Shown: one piece after another, positions 28,956 to 39,675 of the stretch
Layout: every line of letters starts with the position of its first letter
How positions within the stretch are numbered: the stretch's first letter is position 1
Assembly (NCBI GenBank): GCA_963666425.2
Contig: OY762825.2
Span: forward strand, 320,001 to 384,000
From: Bacillota bacterium
Lineage (GTDB): Bacteria > Bacillota > JAAYKD01
Direction: 5' to 3'
DNA length: 64,000 nt
Program-made: the position numbers and the translations under genes
Notes under the pieces: model-generated
Seen by the model: the letters and a program-made list of their open reading frames with translations, nothing else
Database searches by the model: none
What the model was told of the DNA's origin: nothing

Positions 28956-29471
28956 TCACGACAAAAGATCTGTGCCAACACCCCCGTCCCCCTGGCTCAT
29001 TTCAAGCAATTTCTCCCCTGCCACACGATAAACGGTCCAATCCTGCATCTTTTCCGCTCCCATGGCCAAATAAAACTCAATACTGGGCAGATTCGTATCC
29101 AGGCACCACCATTCCAAACGTCCACAGCCTCTTGCTACAGCAAGAGCTGCTAATTTTTTTAAAAAAGCTTTGCCGTAGCCTTTGCCGCGAAAAGCAGGCC
29201 GGACATAGAGATCTTCCAGATAGATACCTGCTCTGCCCAAAAAAGTGGAGAAATTATGAAAGAATAGGGCAAAACCGATGGGTTGATCCTCTATTTCGCC
29301 GATCATAACTTCAGCTTTTTGTTTTTCAAATAACCATTCCTGCAGTAATTCTTCTGTGGCAATGACTTCACTGAGCAGACCTTCATAATCGGCTAACTCT
29401 TTGATCAGGCTCAAGATCAAAGGGATATCCTTGGGGTTCGCAGTCCGAAACATTAAGACAGGCTGATTCAT
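28956..29471 (-). CDS. GNAT N-acetyltransferase (spermidine/spermine acetyltransferase-like)
   Basis: LIKELADYE, NFSTFLGRAGIYLEDLYV, RGKGYG, RLEWWCLD. Confidence 0.9.
   Translation of the reverse strand: MNQPVLMFRTANPKDIPLILSLIKELADYEGLLSEVIATEELLQEWLFEKQKAEVMIGEIEDQPIGFALFFHNFSTFLGRAGIYLEDLYVRPAFRGKGYGKAFLKKLAALAVARGCGRLEWWCLDTNLPSIEFYLAMGAEKMQDWTVYRVAGEKLLEMSQGDGGVGTDLLS
28969..29001. repeat. 33-bp palindromic repeat, copy 2, inside the GNAT 3' end
   Basis: TCTGTGCCAACACCCCCGTCCCCCTGGCTCATT; 31/33 identical to copy 1. Confidence 0.85.
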
Positions 29472-29536
29472 TTCAATCACTCCTCTGTTATTAAAAAAAC
29501 GATAGCACAGCATGACAGCAGGGCTATCGTTTCAAG

Positions 29537-29740
29537 TTATTTCTTCACCAGGATGGACAGTATGGCAGCTACGGTGAAAAGTGCAAAGGAAGCAGCGATA
29601 TAACCGGGCTGATTATTCACACCGCCCAGGTAAGCAAAAGCGAAACCAGGCCAAAACAAAACAAATGCGATCCGCAAAAACAAGACACGGTATCTTTTCC
29701 GCCAACTGACGGGAAGGGATTTCTTCTCTTTCTCAGTCAT
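29537..29740 (-). CDS. Small two-TM membrane protein
   Basis: SD AAGGAG before MTEKEK; two hydrophobic helices; follows the lactate permease gene. Confidence 0.65.
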   Translation of the reverse strand: MTEKEKKSLPVSWRKRYRVLFLRIAFVLFWPGFAFAYLGGVNNQPGYIAASFALFTVAAILSILVKK

Positions 29741-29760
29741 GATTTTTCTCCTTTTTGTCG

Positions 29761-31350
29761 CTATATGTAGAAAATATTGGATAGAATCAAGACGAAGATG
29801 CCAACGATCAGCGTATTGATCAGACAATATTTCATCGTTACATTCATAATTTCATTCTCTTTGCCATTCATGCCAACATTGGCAGCTCCGGTCATGATGG
29901 TGGAGGGTGACATCGAGACGCCCAGTGAACCGCCGACGGATTGCGCTGCTGCCATGAGGACTGCGCTCTTGCCAAGCACCAGTGCGGTTTCTTTTTGCAG
30001 GACACCAAACATGACATTGGAATTGGTATTGCTGCCGGTAATGAAGGAACCCAGGACACCGATAAAAGGTGCCATCACCGGATAAAGCACACCGAAAACC
30101 GTTGCCACTCCGCGGGCAATCATATTGGTCATGCCGGAATCACTCATAATCAAGGCCATCATGACCATCGTGGCGATTCCCACACCGGAAGGGACGTTTT
30201 TTTCCACGGTTTTTTTCAGAGAAATCTTCATGATGTTGGGGTTTGCCCCGGTTTTCAGGACATAAATGACATAACCGAGCAAGGCTGAGAAGAGTAAAAT
30301 CGGTGCCGGGTGGGAGAAAAACTGAATTTTGGAATATTTACTGGTTGCAGTTACAACATAACCCAGGGCTGTCTGCACTTCCGGATAATTCAAGCCCCAA
30401 TTATAAGCAGACAAGGCGGTTTTGATCGGCTTGAGCTGCGAAAGAACGGAGATCAGGATCAAAGCGTAATACGGTGAGAAGGCAACGGTAAAACTCATTT
30501 TTTGTTTTTCTGCGTCTTCGTTTGTTTTGGCCTTGATGGTATGCTTTTTTCCGAGGTAGGCCCAGATCATCATTACAACACAGCCTGCTAACCCTGCCAT
30601 CAGCGTCGCCAGCTGCGGTGTGCCGATATAGACAGTCAGCCAGAGTGTAAAGGACATCACAGCACCGGTGCTCAAAATTTGCGGCACACTCTTTTTCACA
30701 GCAAACCAGCCGCCGAAAATATGCGCCACACAGAAACCGGTAGCGAAAATCGCTGCACTGAAGATAATCGCCATCCAGGGACCAATTACTTCACCCGGAA
30801 TATTCGTCACCAGTTGTATTGAATTATAAGAAGAAGCCATGGAACCGAAAGAAATCGACCAGGAATGACCGACCAGACAAGCAGCGACTGCCACCAATGG
30901 TGAAAAGCCCATGACGACCATGATCGGCGCAACGACAGCCACCGGGATACCGAATCCAGCCAAACCTTGCAGCACAGGCGCAAAACACCAGGCTAATAAA
31001 AGGCACTGCAAACGCTGATCATCGGAAATGCCGGCGATTTTTTTACCGATCACTTTGATGGCACCGGCTCCGTCGGCAATGTTATACATAAAAACGGCTC
31101 CCCAGATGATCAGCAGGACATATAAAGAAAGACTCATTCCCTTGCTGTTGGCCAAGGCCATCAAGCGGAAATCCGTGCCAAAAAAGAAATAAGCATCTGC
31201 TACGGCAACCAGCCAGGAAATGGCGCCTACTTTGGCTGCTTCCCATTGAAAAACTAAAATCCCTGTTACCAAAACCAAGACCGGCAAAATGGCCAGGAAC
31301 CAATTTGCCAGTGTCAAAGGCATGTTCACGATCGCTTCAATCCCTTTCAC
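29761..31350 (-). CDS. L-lactate permease family transporter
   Basis: GLAGFGIPVAV, GSFITGSNTNSNVMFG, AAAQSVGG; polytopic membrane protein; start uncertain. Confidence 0.85.
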   Translation of the reverse strand: MKGIEAIVNMPLTLANWFLAILPVLVLVTGILVFQWEAAKVGAISWLVAVADAYFFFGTDFRLMALANSKGMSLSLYVLLIIWGAVFMYNIADGAGAIKVIGKKIAGISDDQRLQCLLLAWCFAPVLQGLAGFGIPVAVVAPIMVVMGFSPLVAVAACLVGHSWSISFGSMASSYNSIQLVTNIPGEVIGPWMAIIFSAAIFATGFCVAHIFGGWFAVKKSVPQILSTGAVMSFTLWLTVYIGTPQLATLMAGLAGCVVMMIWAYLGKKHTIKAKTNEDAEKQKMSFTVAFSPYYALILISVLSQLKPIKTALSAYNWGLNYPEVQTALGYVVTATSKYSKIQFFSHPAPILLFSALLGYVIYVLKTGANPNIMKISLKKTVEKNVPSGVGIATMVMMALIMSDSGMTNMIARGVATVFGVLYPVMAPFIGVLGSFITGSNTNSNVMFGVLQKETALVLGKSAVLMAAAQSVGGSLGVSMSPSTIMTGAANVGMNGKENEIMNVTMKYCLINTLIVGIFVLILSNIFYI

Positions 31351-31449
31351 TGTATTTCAACTGCTCCATTATAATAGGAATCGCCCTGTTATGCAAGCTT
31401 TTCGCCTTCCGAAGAAAGGCTTTCTTACGTGATAACAGGGCGTTTTTCG

Positions 31450-31875
31450 TTATTTTAAGTATTCTGTTTTGGGATAATCCGCATGACACAAAAGACAAAG
31501 CGGTCGATGAGCAGAAACAATACTGCCACATTGCGGACAGGTCCACCGTTTTATCTGTTGCTCCAAAAAAACTGTCAGACCATTAGTTTTGATGTTCTGT
31601 AAATTTTCCAGCATGCTCATATGATACTTGCCACGGTAGCGTTTATCCAGAGCCTTCAGACGAAGGCAAGGAAATTTGTCGCATTCGTAGCAAAAACCGG
31701 AAGTGTTATGCTGAATGGTCGGACAATTCTTAATCACACAGCGACGGCAGCTGATTGCATCGGGTAAGTCTTTTGATCTGCATCCGGGGCAGGGCTTTTT
31801 AGCTCTTTTGTATGCGAGACACAGCCGACAGTTCATCCCGCAGGCGGCAATCTGCTCCGGTTTCATTTCATTCAT
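31450..31875 (-). CDS. DUF3795 family Cys-rich protein
   Basis: ACGMNCRLC, CPGC, FCYECDKFPC, C-terminal CPQCG. Confidence 0.8.
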   Translation of the reverse strand: MNEMKPEQIAACGMNCRLCLAYKRAKKPCPGCRSKDLPDAISCRRCVIKNCPTIQHNTSGFCYECDKFPCLRLKALDKRYRGKYHMSMLENLQNIKTNGLTVFLEQQIKRWTCPQCGSIVSAHRPLCLLCHADYPKTEYLK

Positions 31876-32040
31876 CGATCGACACTTCCTTTGTTGATAT
31901 GCGAGGGAGTCAAACCTTTTCTCTTCGACTAATTTTGAAAAACAGCTGTCGAGCCGTTCATAATCAAGTCTGTTCAGGTTTTACTGCCAAATCAGCCAAA
32001 TAAAGATTCGTGTAGCGGCTTAAGCGATTAACCTCAAATT

Positions 32041-32838
32041 TCATCTTTCTCTCATATTTTTAATCGTCAAATAGATTTCAACCAGCACAAATACGGCAAT
32101 ACAGCCCAGTGTTACCGAAATAACCATCGGGTAACGGCTTGCAAAGCCGGTTTCACCGGTATGCTTCAGCCAAATGCCAAGATAAGCCCAAATCATCACC
32201 AAACCATAAGCAAAATCTTGATGCGACAGCATGGTGAAAACGCCAATCAATGTGCCGACCACGAGCATAATTGCTGTCCAAACCGCATCTGTCAGGCCAA
32301 AACCATTCCAGCCCTTGCTGACCAGCAGCGTCGTCGCATTGGCAATGGTTGCCACGGTAATCCAACCAAAATAAACACTGAACGGTAATTGCACGAAAAA
32401 TCGCTCTTTCGGGCTCAGCTCTCTTTGCTGAACTATGCGGTTGATGGCAATCAGGCAGACCAAAATAACCACCATCAGGACCATCGCCAGTGTGATTCGA
32501 TGATAATGCCAAGTGAAAATCCAAACGGCATTCGCCAGTGATGACAAAGAAAAAATAAAGCCGATTTTACCTAAGAACTTCGCTTGTTCCCCACTTAAAT
32601 TATCCTGCAGAAAGCCGAGTTGATAGAGTGTATAGGCTGCCAATAAAAGATAAATCACACCCCAAATAGCAAAGGTAATCGCAGCCGGAGCAAAAAGATT
32701 CGGATAAGCATTGGAAACATCACCGGTTGTCTGGCCGTTGAATTTCATGATATTTGCTAACACATTGATCACGATCATCAATAGAAATGTCGTGCTGACC
32801 AAGATACGAATGTAGCCTTTCACTTTATGTTCTTTCAT
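32041..32838 (-). CDS. TspO/MBR-related (tryptophan-rich sensory) membrane protein
   Basis: NLFAPAAITFAIWGVIY, PFSVYFGWITVATIAN. Confidence 0.7.
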   Translation of the reverse strand: MKEHKVKGYIRILVSTTFLLMIVINVLANIMKFNGQTTGDVSNAYPNLFAPAAITFAIWGVIYLLLAAYTLYQLGFLQDNLSGEQAKFLGKIGFIFSLSSLANAVWIFTWHYHRITLAMVLMVVILVCLIAINRIVQQRELSPKERFFVQLPFSVYFGWITVATIANATTLLVSKGWNGFGLTDAVWTAIMLVVGTLIGVFTMLSHQDFAYGLVMIWAYLGIWLKHTGETGFASRYPMVISVTLGCIAVFVLVEIYLTIKNMRER

Positions 32839-33074
32839 CTCTCATCGCTCCTCTGCTTTTGTGCCTGTAAGCTTGTCTTCTTCCTGATCCCATTCTTTTT
32901 ATTAAAAATGCTTGGGTTACATATCCTATTCTCTTCCAATGCCTGTTTTCCTTCCATATTTTTCAGAAAAACTACAAACCTCTACATTGTCCTGTTAAAG
33001 GTAAGCAGCGAGCATCACTTTCTGCCGCTTTGACCGCCGACCATAAAACCATAGAAAACCAATGATAACGAGCG

Positions 33075-33108
33075 AAAACAGACCTCCGCACCGAGGTGGG
33101 AGGTCTGT
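33075..33108 (-). terminator. Intrinsic terminator
   Basis: Stem ACAGACCTCC/GGAGGTCTGT with T-run on the minus strand. Confidence 0.65.
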
Positions 33109-33143
33109 CGAGAAAATCATCCAATCTGCCGAGAACGACGCTG

Positions 33144-34991
33144 CTAAGGTTTTTCCGATATGTAGATCGTGCCGATTTCCAACCAATAAGTCATTGTATC
33201 CGTAGTGAGATCCAGATTGATATTGATCGAGCGGAAGACCAGCAGGATGTTTAATTCCGGTGTTTCCAAGGCAAAACACATGTCCGCTATGGGAGGAAAC
33301 ACTGTATCAGCTTGACTCGGCGGATAAGCAGCCAGTAAGCGATCCAGGTATGCGTTCAGTTTATCTTCCAGAATTAAATTGTCATTCAACTTAATGTTGA
33401 AAATCGGCATGCCGGTTTTGGGTTCGAGACTCCATTGGATTAGGTAATTACCCCGATTCCCAGTGAAAACAGCTGTCGTACTGTCTTTGCCGCCTGACTG
33501 CATCAAAATCGCCCAACGATAGGTACTGACATCCAAAGCTTCATTTGACATTGCCAGCGACGTACTAAGATAAGAGGTTGGCGGAGAAGCAGGGACCCCG
33601 CTGACAAAGGCAGGTTCAAAGCCAAACTTCTTTTTAAAAACGCTGCTGTCGCTGAGATTCGCTGCAAACCATACCGGCAGTTTATCACTATTGGCATAAA
33701 CAAGGAAATTAACCGCATCAGTAATTGCTTGGCGTACTTTCACTTCCGGTAGACTGACGGCCGCCACTAATTCCCCGTTTTGTAATAAATCCTCCTGTAG
33801 CAAAAGTTTTTCCAAACGGCTGACTTGCATACTAACCGGTAAGTCAAGATAACCTACCATCGGCAGGACGGAAAATACAGCGAGAGCGCAAAGCAGTAGG
33901 GCAATGAAATTGTGCGAAATTTCCTTTTTCCAGAGCAGTAAGACAGCAGCGACAACTGAAAAAATCCAGATGACGGCGAAGCTATATTCTGCTAATTTTA
34001 AACCGCTTTCATTCAAACGCAGGACCAAGGCCCAGAGTTCAAAAATCAAAATGATCAGAGCAGCAAGCGGATAGAATTTACGGTAAAATTTCGCTATGGC
34101 GGACTGCTGTCGAGTCACCATAATATGCAGCCAAATACCGAATACGGCATAACTGGTGGCAATCCCGGAAAGCATAAGAAAAGAAGGCCACTCTCTGGTA
34201 AAAATGATCTGCCCGATCCAGGCAAACAACACCGCAGTCAAAGCCAGTACGATCGGGATCATAATACCCCCGAAGAGCACTTCGATGAAACGAGGTTGTT
34301 TTTCTGCGATAGCCAGATGTTCATCCTGCTGACCTTTGCGGAAGTCCGGGAAATAACCGGTGAAAATGGTAAAGGTCAAAAATCCTGCCAGCGTCAGAAT
34401 ATACTGATAAACTTTACCGCTCATTTCCTGATACAAAAGCGCCTGAAAAGCGCGGACGACACCGGAAGCACCGGCCAGAATCACAAGACCATATAATAAA
34501 GCAATAAAGAAAGCTTTTTCCGCCATGAAAAAAGAGCGGTCAAAACCGGATTTTTCCGACGGCAAGCCAGTTACGATGATAAAACCAACGAGACTGAGCA
34601 AGATTCCTACTGAGACACGGGCGGCAGCCAGTGCTGTGACCGTGCCATAGCGTGTGCCGGCAACTTCCGCGCCAAAAAAATAAAGGATGAGAAAGGTAAA
34701 CAGTGTGACGGCAGCGCCGGCCAAATTTGCAATCAGGAATGCTTTTCCGGTATTGAAACGGCTTTGCGCCGTGGTGATCGCCGCCAAACTGAAAACAGCA
34801 CCGAATGCCAACGCCCAGTGCAGGCAATTAAACAGCAAGTTATACGCTTCCTGCGCAGGCCAGTCCAGTTGAATGCGGATCATGGTAACCAAGGCAAATC
34901 CCAGTGCGGCCGTATTGGCAGCCGGGAACGTTTTGAAAGCTCTCAGGGCGTTGCGGAAGACTTGACTGACTGATTTTATGAAAGTATTCAT
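33144..34991 (-). CDS. DUF4153-like membrane protein
   Basis: ~12 TM segments followed by a soluble domain starting QVSRLEKLL. Confidence 0.65.
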   Translation of the reverse strand: MNTFIKSVSQVFRNALRAFKTFPAANTAALGFALVTMIRIQLDWPAQEAYNLLFNCLHWALAFGAVFSLAAITTAQSRFNTGKAFLIANLAGAAVTLFTFLILYFFGAEVAGTRYGTVTALAAARVSVGILLSLVGFIIVTGLPSEKSGFDRSFFMAEKAFFIALLYGLVILAGASGVVRAFQALLYQEMSGKVYQYILTLAGFLTFTIFTGYFPDFRKGQQDEHLAIAEKQPRFIEVLFGGIMIPIVLALTAVLFAWIGQIIFTREWPSFLMLSGIATSYAVFGIWLHIMVTRQQSAIAKFYRKFYPLAALIILIFELWALVLRLNESGLKLAEYSFAVIWIFSVVAAVLLLWKKEISHNFIALLLCALAVFSVLPMVGYLDLPVSMQVSRLEKLLLQEDLLQNGELVAAVSLPEVKVRQAITDAVNFLVYANSDKLPVWFAANLSDSSVFKKKFGFEPAFVSGVPASPPTSYLSTSLAMSNEALDVSTYRWAILMQSGGKDSTTAVFTGNRGNYLIQWSLEPKTGMPIFNIKLNDNLILEDKLNAYLDRLLAAYPPSQADTVFPPIADMCFALETPELNILLVFRSININLDLTTDTMTYWLEIGTIYISEKP

Positions 34992-35093
34992 CGCTTACCT
35001 CCTTTTAAGATTTGAATTCCTAGAAAATTGATGATTTTAAGACTTCTTGACGTGCTTCTTAATTTGATGATCGGCAGAGAATCAGCAATCGGT

Positions 35094-35459
35094 TTAGCGT
35101 GTTCCTGCTGCCCGCAGCATCAGATTATATTCTACGATGTCACAAATTAAAATTTTGTCCAACTCTTTGCTGTTCGGAATTTGGATGGCACCTTTTGAGG
35201 TTTTATACTCTGCCAGACGGTCGGCAAACTGAATAATCGCTTCCGCTCCGGGATAAAGGCCAATATGTTTTTTTTGTGCGGCGAAATGAATAATATTGCC
35301 GAGATAATAAAATGTTGGCATGCGCCAACTCATTTTTTCAGTTAAAAGTGGGGAGCAGCTGGCAATGATTTGCCGCAAAGCCTGCAGTTTTGGTTGGATG
35401 CCCTCCGGACAGCTGCCGATGTATTCGTCAATCGTGTTTGGTTGTGTTTGTGACGGCAT
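35094..35459 (-). CDS. DUF1801/YdhG iron-chaperone-like protein
   Basis: TIDEYI, EKMSWRMPTF, HFAAQKKHIGLYP, SKGAIQ. Confidence 0.85.
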   Translation of the reverse strand: MPSQTQPNTIDEYIGSCPEGIQPKLQALRQIIASCSPLLTEKMSWRMPTFYYLGNIIHFAAQKKHIGLYPGAEAIIQFADRLAEYKTSKGAIQIPNSKELDKILICDIVEYNLMLRAAGTR

Positions 35460-35539
35460 GGTTCGTCTCCTTTTCGTATACCTAACGGGAAAAGCGCTCA
35501 GCTTCTGTATTGGTGAAAGAGTATGCGCTTGCTCTGACG

Positions 35540-35929
35540 CTACCTCTGATTGAATGCATTTTCGATTGCTTTCAAATAAGCTTTTGAAGTGACCGTTGCA
35601 CCTGCAATGGCATCGAATTGGATTTTTTGCTCATCTATCACTTTAGCAAAAACAGCTTCTGTGACAGCGGCACTTGCAAAAGTAACATCTTTCACTACTT
35701 CGATTTTTGTGATTTTATGGTCTTTGACTGTAATATTGAGTTGATTAGAGAATCTGCCGGCATCATATTTGCCGTTATAAACACCATCCTGCACAGCGGA
35801 TAAGTCAATACCATTAATCACCAGATTGCTGCCTTCCTTTAAGCCCTGTGCCATCACCATACTCATCACAATAGAAAAAAGCACAAATACTGCCACGATC
35901 ACAAGTAAAATTTTCAAGAATTTCTTCAT
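35540..35929 (-). CDS. Extracytoplasmic FMN-binding domain protein
   Basis: N-terminal TM segment, DGVYNG, DAIAGATVTSKA flavinylation-type motif. Confidence 0.85.
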   Translation of the reverse strand: MKKFLKILLVIVAVFVLFSIVMSMVMAQGLKEGSNLVINGIDLSAVQDGVYNGKYDAGRFSNQLNITVKDHKITKIEVVKDVTFASAAVTEAVFAKVIDEQKIQFDAIAGATVTSKAYLKAIENAFNQR

Positions 35930-36219
35930 TTTGTTTCTTTTTTCCTCTTTCCTTTCTACCTATTGTTTTTATCGAAATAAGCAATCGGATTCGATTCGGA
36001 AAATATCTCCTTACTAATTAATTCTGCATTTCTTCTGAAAATCCTCCCAAGTGAAGACTTTACTTTACTATTAACAGATGAAATGGAAAGTTCTTTGGCA
36101 GATATCAGAGCAATTCTCTTGACTTCAAGCTAAAAAAAGCTATAATCAACCTAAATCGCAGCGCTTTCTGAGCTGTTTCTGAGTTGGACACAAATCTGAT
36201 TTTTCAAAGGAGATCATTG

Positions 36220-36867
36220 ATGAAAAATTACCCCGTTCGTCTGCTGCGCCTGGCTTTTGGTTTATTTCTTTACGCGCTCGGTATCGTAGTTACTATGAAG
36301 GGCAACATTGGTTATGCGCCTTGGGATGCTTTTCACGCTGGAATCGCCAAAACAACCGGCATCAGCATCGGCACCGCTTCGATTTTAGTAGGTATACTGG
36401 TCGGCGTTCTATCTGCTCTGCTGGGAGAGAAATTAGGACTAGGTACGCTCTGTAATATGGTATTAATCGGTTTTATGATGGATCTCTTGCTGGATTGGAA
36501 CCTGATACCGCTGGCCGCCAGCTTCTTCCCCGGACTTTTAATGATGATCACCGGTTTATTTATCATTGCTTTAGCTACCTATTTTTATATCGGTTCCGGA
36601 TTTGGCGCCGGTCCCAGAGACAGTTTGATGGTTGCGCTGACACGAAAAACCCATCTGCCGGTTGGGATTTGCCGAGCCTGCATCGAATTGCTTGTCATTT
36701 TGATTGGGTGGCAATTGGGCGGCATGATCGGAATCGGCACGGTCATTTCCGCTCTCGCTGCCGGGTTTTGCGTCCAAATCACCTTCCATCTGCTCCGATT
36801 TGATGTCGTATCAGTAAAACATGAAACCCTTACGCATACTTTTGCTGCACTGTTTGGCGGCAAGTAA
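36220..36867 (+). CDS. YczE/YyaS/YitT family membrane protein
   Basis: GYAPWD, GLGT, GAGPRDSLM, GIGT. Confidence 0.85.
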   Translation: MKNYPVRLLRLAFGLFLYALGIVVTMKGNIGYAPWDAFHAGIAKTTGISIGTASILVGILVGVLSALLGEKLGLGTLCNMVLIGFMMDLLLDWNLIPLAASFFPGLLMMITGLFIIALATYFYIGSGFGAGPRDSLMVALTRKTHLPVGICRACIELLVILIGWQLGGMIGIGTVISALAAGFCVQITFHLLRFDVVSVKHETLTHTFAALFGGK

Positions 36868-37002
36868 AAATTAACCGAACAAGCACTCGCTCGAATGAGG
36901 AATTCGAAAAAATAAGACTGGCTGTCTTGCCGATATGAATCCATCGGTCAGACAGCCAGTTGTGTTTTTTGGCGATAATTCCAAGCGTCCACCGGATTTC
37001 TC

Positions 37003-37959
37003 CTACGGCAGCTTCGTTAAAACTCGTTCCAGGAAATCCAATTTCTTTTTGCCGTATTGTTCTCTGGCAATCCAGGAGGCGCTGCCATGCCCGGCAGCAT
37101 CCACTGCCCAGAATTCTTTTGGCGCACTGCAGTTGCCATAAAGCTTCTGCGCCAGGACCATCGGTACGAAATTATCCGCGCTGCCATGGATAAAAAAGGT
37201 GGGTGTCTTCGATTTTGCCACTTGTTCAAACGGAGTATCCTGCGTGAACGAATAATGGCAAAGTAGCTGACACCATTTTTCCAGCAGCCAAAGATGCATT
37301 ACCTTGATGTAACCTTGTTTGAATTTCAGCATTTCCGGTAATAATTCCTGAACCGAAGGATAGGCACTATCACTGATTATGGCTTTCACTTCTGTTGGGA
37401 AATCGGCATCCCCGCTTAAGGCAAGCGCAGTGGCAGCTCCCATGGAAAGTCCGTCCAAGACAAAGACATTTTTACTGGGGTCTTTGCTCAAGAGAAAACG
37501 GATCCAGCTGAGAATGTCTTTTCTATCGACACAGCCCATGCCGATGTATTTACCTTGGCTTTGACCATGAGAACGCAGATCCGGCAGGAAAACCGAATAA
37601 CCGCTGCGATAGTAAGTCAAAGCATCCTTCATCATTGCCTGTGCTTCATCTCGCCAACCGTGCAGCAGGATAATTGTCACCGGTTTGGAGGCAGCGAGGT
37701 AATAGCCATGCAATTGAAAACCATCGTTCCTAATCTCCAATTCTTCCGGTTTCTCCTGCATAAAATCATTGATGCCATCTACATAATATTGCGCTATCGC
37801 TTTCGCTTGTTCCGACGTTTTTTCCAAGCTGATATGTTTATGCGGATTGAGAAAGACGGAAGCAAAAATCCGAGATGAAAAATAGATCATTAAAAAAGTC
37901 GCTGCCACTAAAATAAAGATAAAAAAATACCACAACATAGAATAGTCCTCCTCGATCAT
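37003..37959 (-). CDS. Membrane-anchored alpha/beta hydrolase
   Basis: LLHGW, DLRSHGQS, GLSMG, IHGSADNFVP, AGH. Confidence 0.88.
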   Translation of the reverse strand: MIEEDYSMLWYFFIFILVAATFLMIYFSSRIFASVFLNPHKHISLEKTSEQAKAIAQYYVDGINDFMQEKPEELEIRNDGFQLHGYYLAASKPVTIILLHGWRDEAQAMMKDALTYYRSGYSVFLPDLRSHGQSQGKYIGMGCVDRKDILSWIRFLLSKDPSKNVFVLDGLSMGAATALALSGDADFPTEVKAIISDSAYPSVQELLPEMLKFKQGYIKVMHLWLLEKWCQLLCHYSFTQDTPFEQVAKSKTPTFFIHGSADNFVPMVLAQKLYGNCSAPKEFWAVDAAGHGSASWIAREQYGKKKLDFLERVLTKLP

Positions 37960-38021
37960 ATGGCTTTTCTTAAAAAATGAGCTCGCTTGAATTTCAAAAC
38001 TGCGGCCACCCTGTTCACTCT

Positions 38022-38708
38022 TTACTTATCTTTATATTCTGCATTGATATGCGATGCATCGCAGAATGGGCTGATGCTCGATTCACCGCAGCGGCATAAG
38101 GCGACCCGATTGCGCACTTCGTATGGCACTCCATTTGCTGATTCGATTGGGATGCGGCCTACGACCGCAATAGGACCGCTGACTTTCTTCTGCGGATCCT
38201 GCAAAATAAAAATGGCAGGAGCGTACTCTTTTTCGATTTGATTGCCCTCCTTGTCAAATGCTACCAATCTGCCGGATGGGCATTCAGAAGCGGCAATCAT
38301 CGCTTCTTTTTTCAAAGCGGGATCGTCGGAATTAGCGATCAATTCCCAGACACTGCCCGTATTACGGTGACAAAACCGCGCAAAGGCACAGCGTCCGTCG
38401 TCCAACAAGTCCAGTTCCGGACCTTGCTGTACATCTACCAAACGGTCCAGGTAATTTGCTTTGGAAGCTGTTTCTTCGCCATCAAAATGCGTATGCAGAT
38501 GGGATCCGTCACAAAAAGGAGGCGTCTTGGTCTTGCCGCAGCGACACAAGGCATAACTTTCAGCCTGAGGCAGCGGCTGGCCTTCTTTCAGTTCATACTG
38601 CCTGCCATTAGGGGTAATGATCTTTTCCGAGATTGCTACGTTGCCTGTAACCTGATAGGGACCGTTTCTGACAATCACAATTTTCGCTTGGTTCGCCATA
38701 ATGACCAC
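38022..38708 (-). CDS. CDGSH iron-sulfur domain protein
   Basis: LCRCG...PFCDGSH and LCRCG...PFCDASH flanking CAFARFC...CPSG. Confidence 0.9.
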   Translation of the reverse strand: MVIMANQAKIVIVRNGPYQVTGNVAISEKIITPNGRQYELKEGQPLPQAESYALCRCGKTKTPPFCDGSHLHTHFDGEETASKANYLDRLVDVQQGPELDLLDDGRCAFARFCHRNTGSVWELIANSDDPALKKEAMIAASECPSGRLVAFDKEGNQIEKEYAPAIFILQDPQKKVSGPIAVVGRIPIESANGVPYEVRNRVALCRCGESSISPFCDASHINAEYKDK

Positions 38709-38733
38709 CTTCTCTATTCTAATTTAAAAATTC

Positions 38734-39675
38734 TCAGCGGAATAAGTACTGTTTATTGATCTCGGCGCTTGCTGAATTTTTCGCAGCTGCAATAAACTGT
38801 TGTTGGGAAGCAGACGCTGCCGCTGCAAAATCTTCGTCATCCGCAAAAAAGAACATGTCATTTTGCAGATAATCGTAAAAGAAAAAATAAAGTTTTGCAT
38901 CGACAGACGGCTGTATCGCCGCTTTCAGCGCTGCATCACCAACGGTGCAAATGGGACCAATCGGCAAGCCACTGATCTGATAGGTATTGTAAGCACTGAT
39001 CACCCCAAGATCATCGTTGGTTAAATAGAAGCGCTGGAAGCCAAGCGCATACTCGACGGTAACACAGCTTTGCAGCTGAGCCGCATCCGCCAGACGATTT
39101 TGCATCACCGCGGCCACTTCTGCTTGATACCGACCTGCCAGACATTCAGCCTCCACAATGGAAGCGAGAATCAGCTGTTCACTAGGAGTAAGGCGATTCA
39201 AAACAGGTTGGTCTACCTGCAATCTTTGCATTCGCGCTTCTGAAGCAGTGATCCATTGCGTGATCAACTGCTGCAATAAGCTGCCGCTCGTCACTTCATA
39301 TTCACCCGGCAGGATCATCCCTTCCATGCGGCGAAAATCGTTCAATTCCGGATTGATCAGATCGGAATCGGCGCCGGTCAGCGTTATTTTGATCTCTTCC
39401 GGTGTTAAGGAGAAAACCTGACTGAGCTGCGGAATGATATCCCTCGTCAGCAGATCTCCGGCTTTGATCCGAATGGTTCCGAGCAGAGCATCCTGCGGTT
39501 GGACAGTGAGAGGTTCACGACTTCGTTGAGGCAGTTGACAGCTGCAAAGCGAAAGCAGCAACCCGCATAACAGCAGCAGCAAGATCAATCTGCCTCCGGG
39601 TCGGAGCTCCAGTTGATGATCCTCTTGCTTGTCTTGCCTTCTGCATGTTTTGCTTTTTTCTCTCAACATTCTCAT
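38734..39675 (-). CDS. Endolytic transglycosylase MltG/YceG family
   Basis: EGMILPGEY, LASIVEAE, NRL, YNTY..GLPIGPI; start uncertain. Confidence 0.75.
   Translation of the reverse strand: MRMLREKSKTCRRQDKQEDHQLELRPGGRLILLLLLCGLLLSLCSCQLPQRSREPLTVQPQDALLGTIRIKAGDLLTRDIIPQLSQVFSLTPEEIKITLTGADSDLINPELNDFRRMEGMILPGEYEVTSGSLLQQLITQWITASEARMQRLQVDQPVLNRLTPSEQLILASIVEAECLAGRYQAEVAAVMQNRLADAAQLQSCVTVEYALGFQRFYLTNDDLGVISAYNTYQISGLPIGPICTVGDAALKAAIQPSVDAKLYFFFYDYLQNDMFFFADDEDFAAAASASQQQFIAAAKNSASAEINKQYLFR

Noticed and set aside
32957-32973. CodY-like box, with similar AT-rich boxes near 1958, 35014 and 48450
   Set aside because: Three or more mismatches in an AT-rich background; not distinguishable from chance by eye
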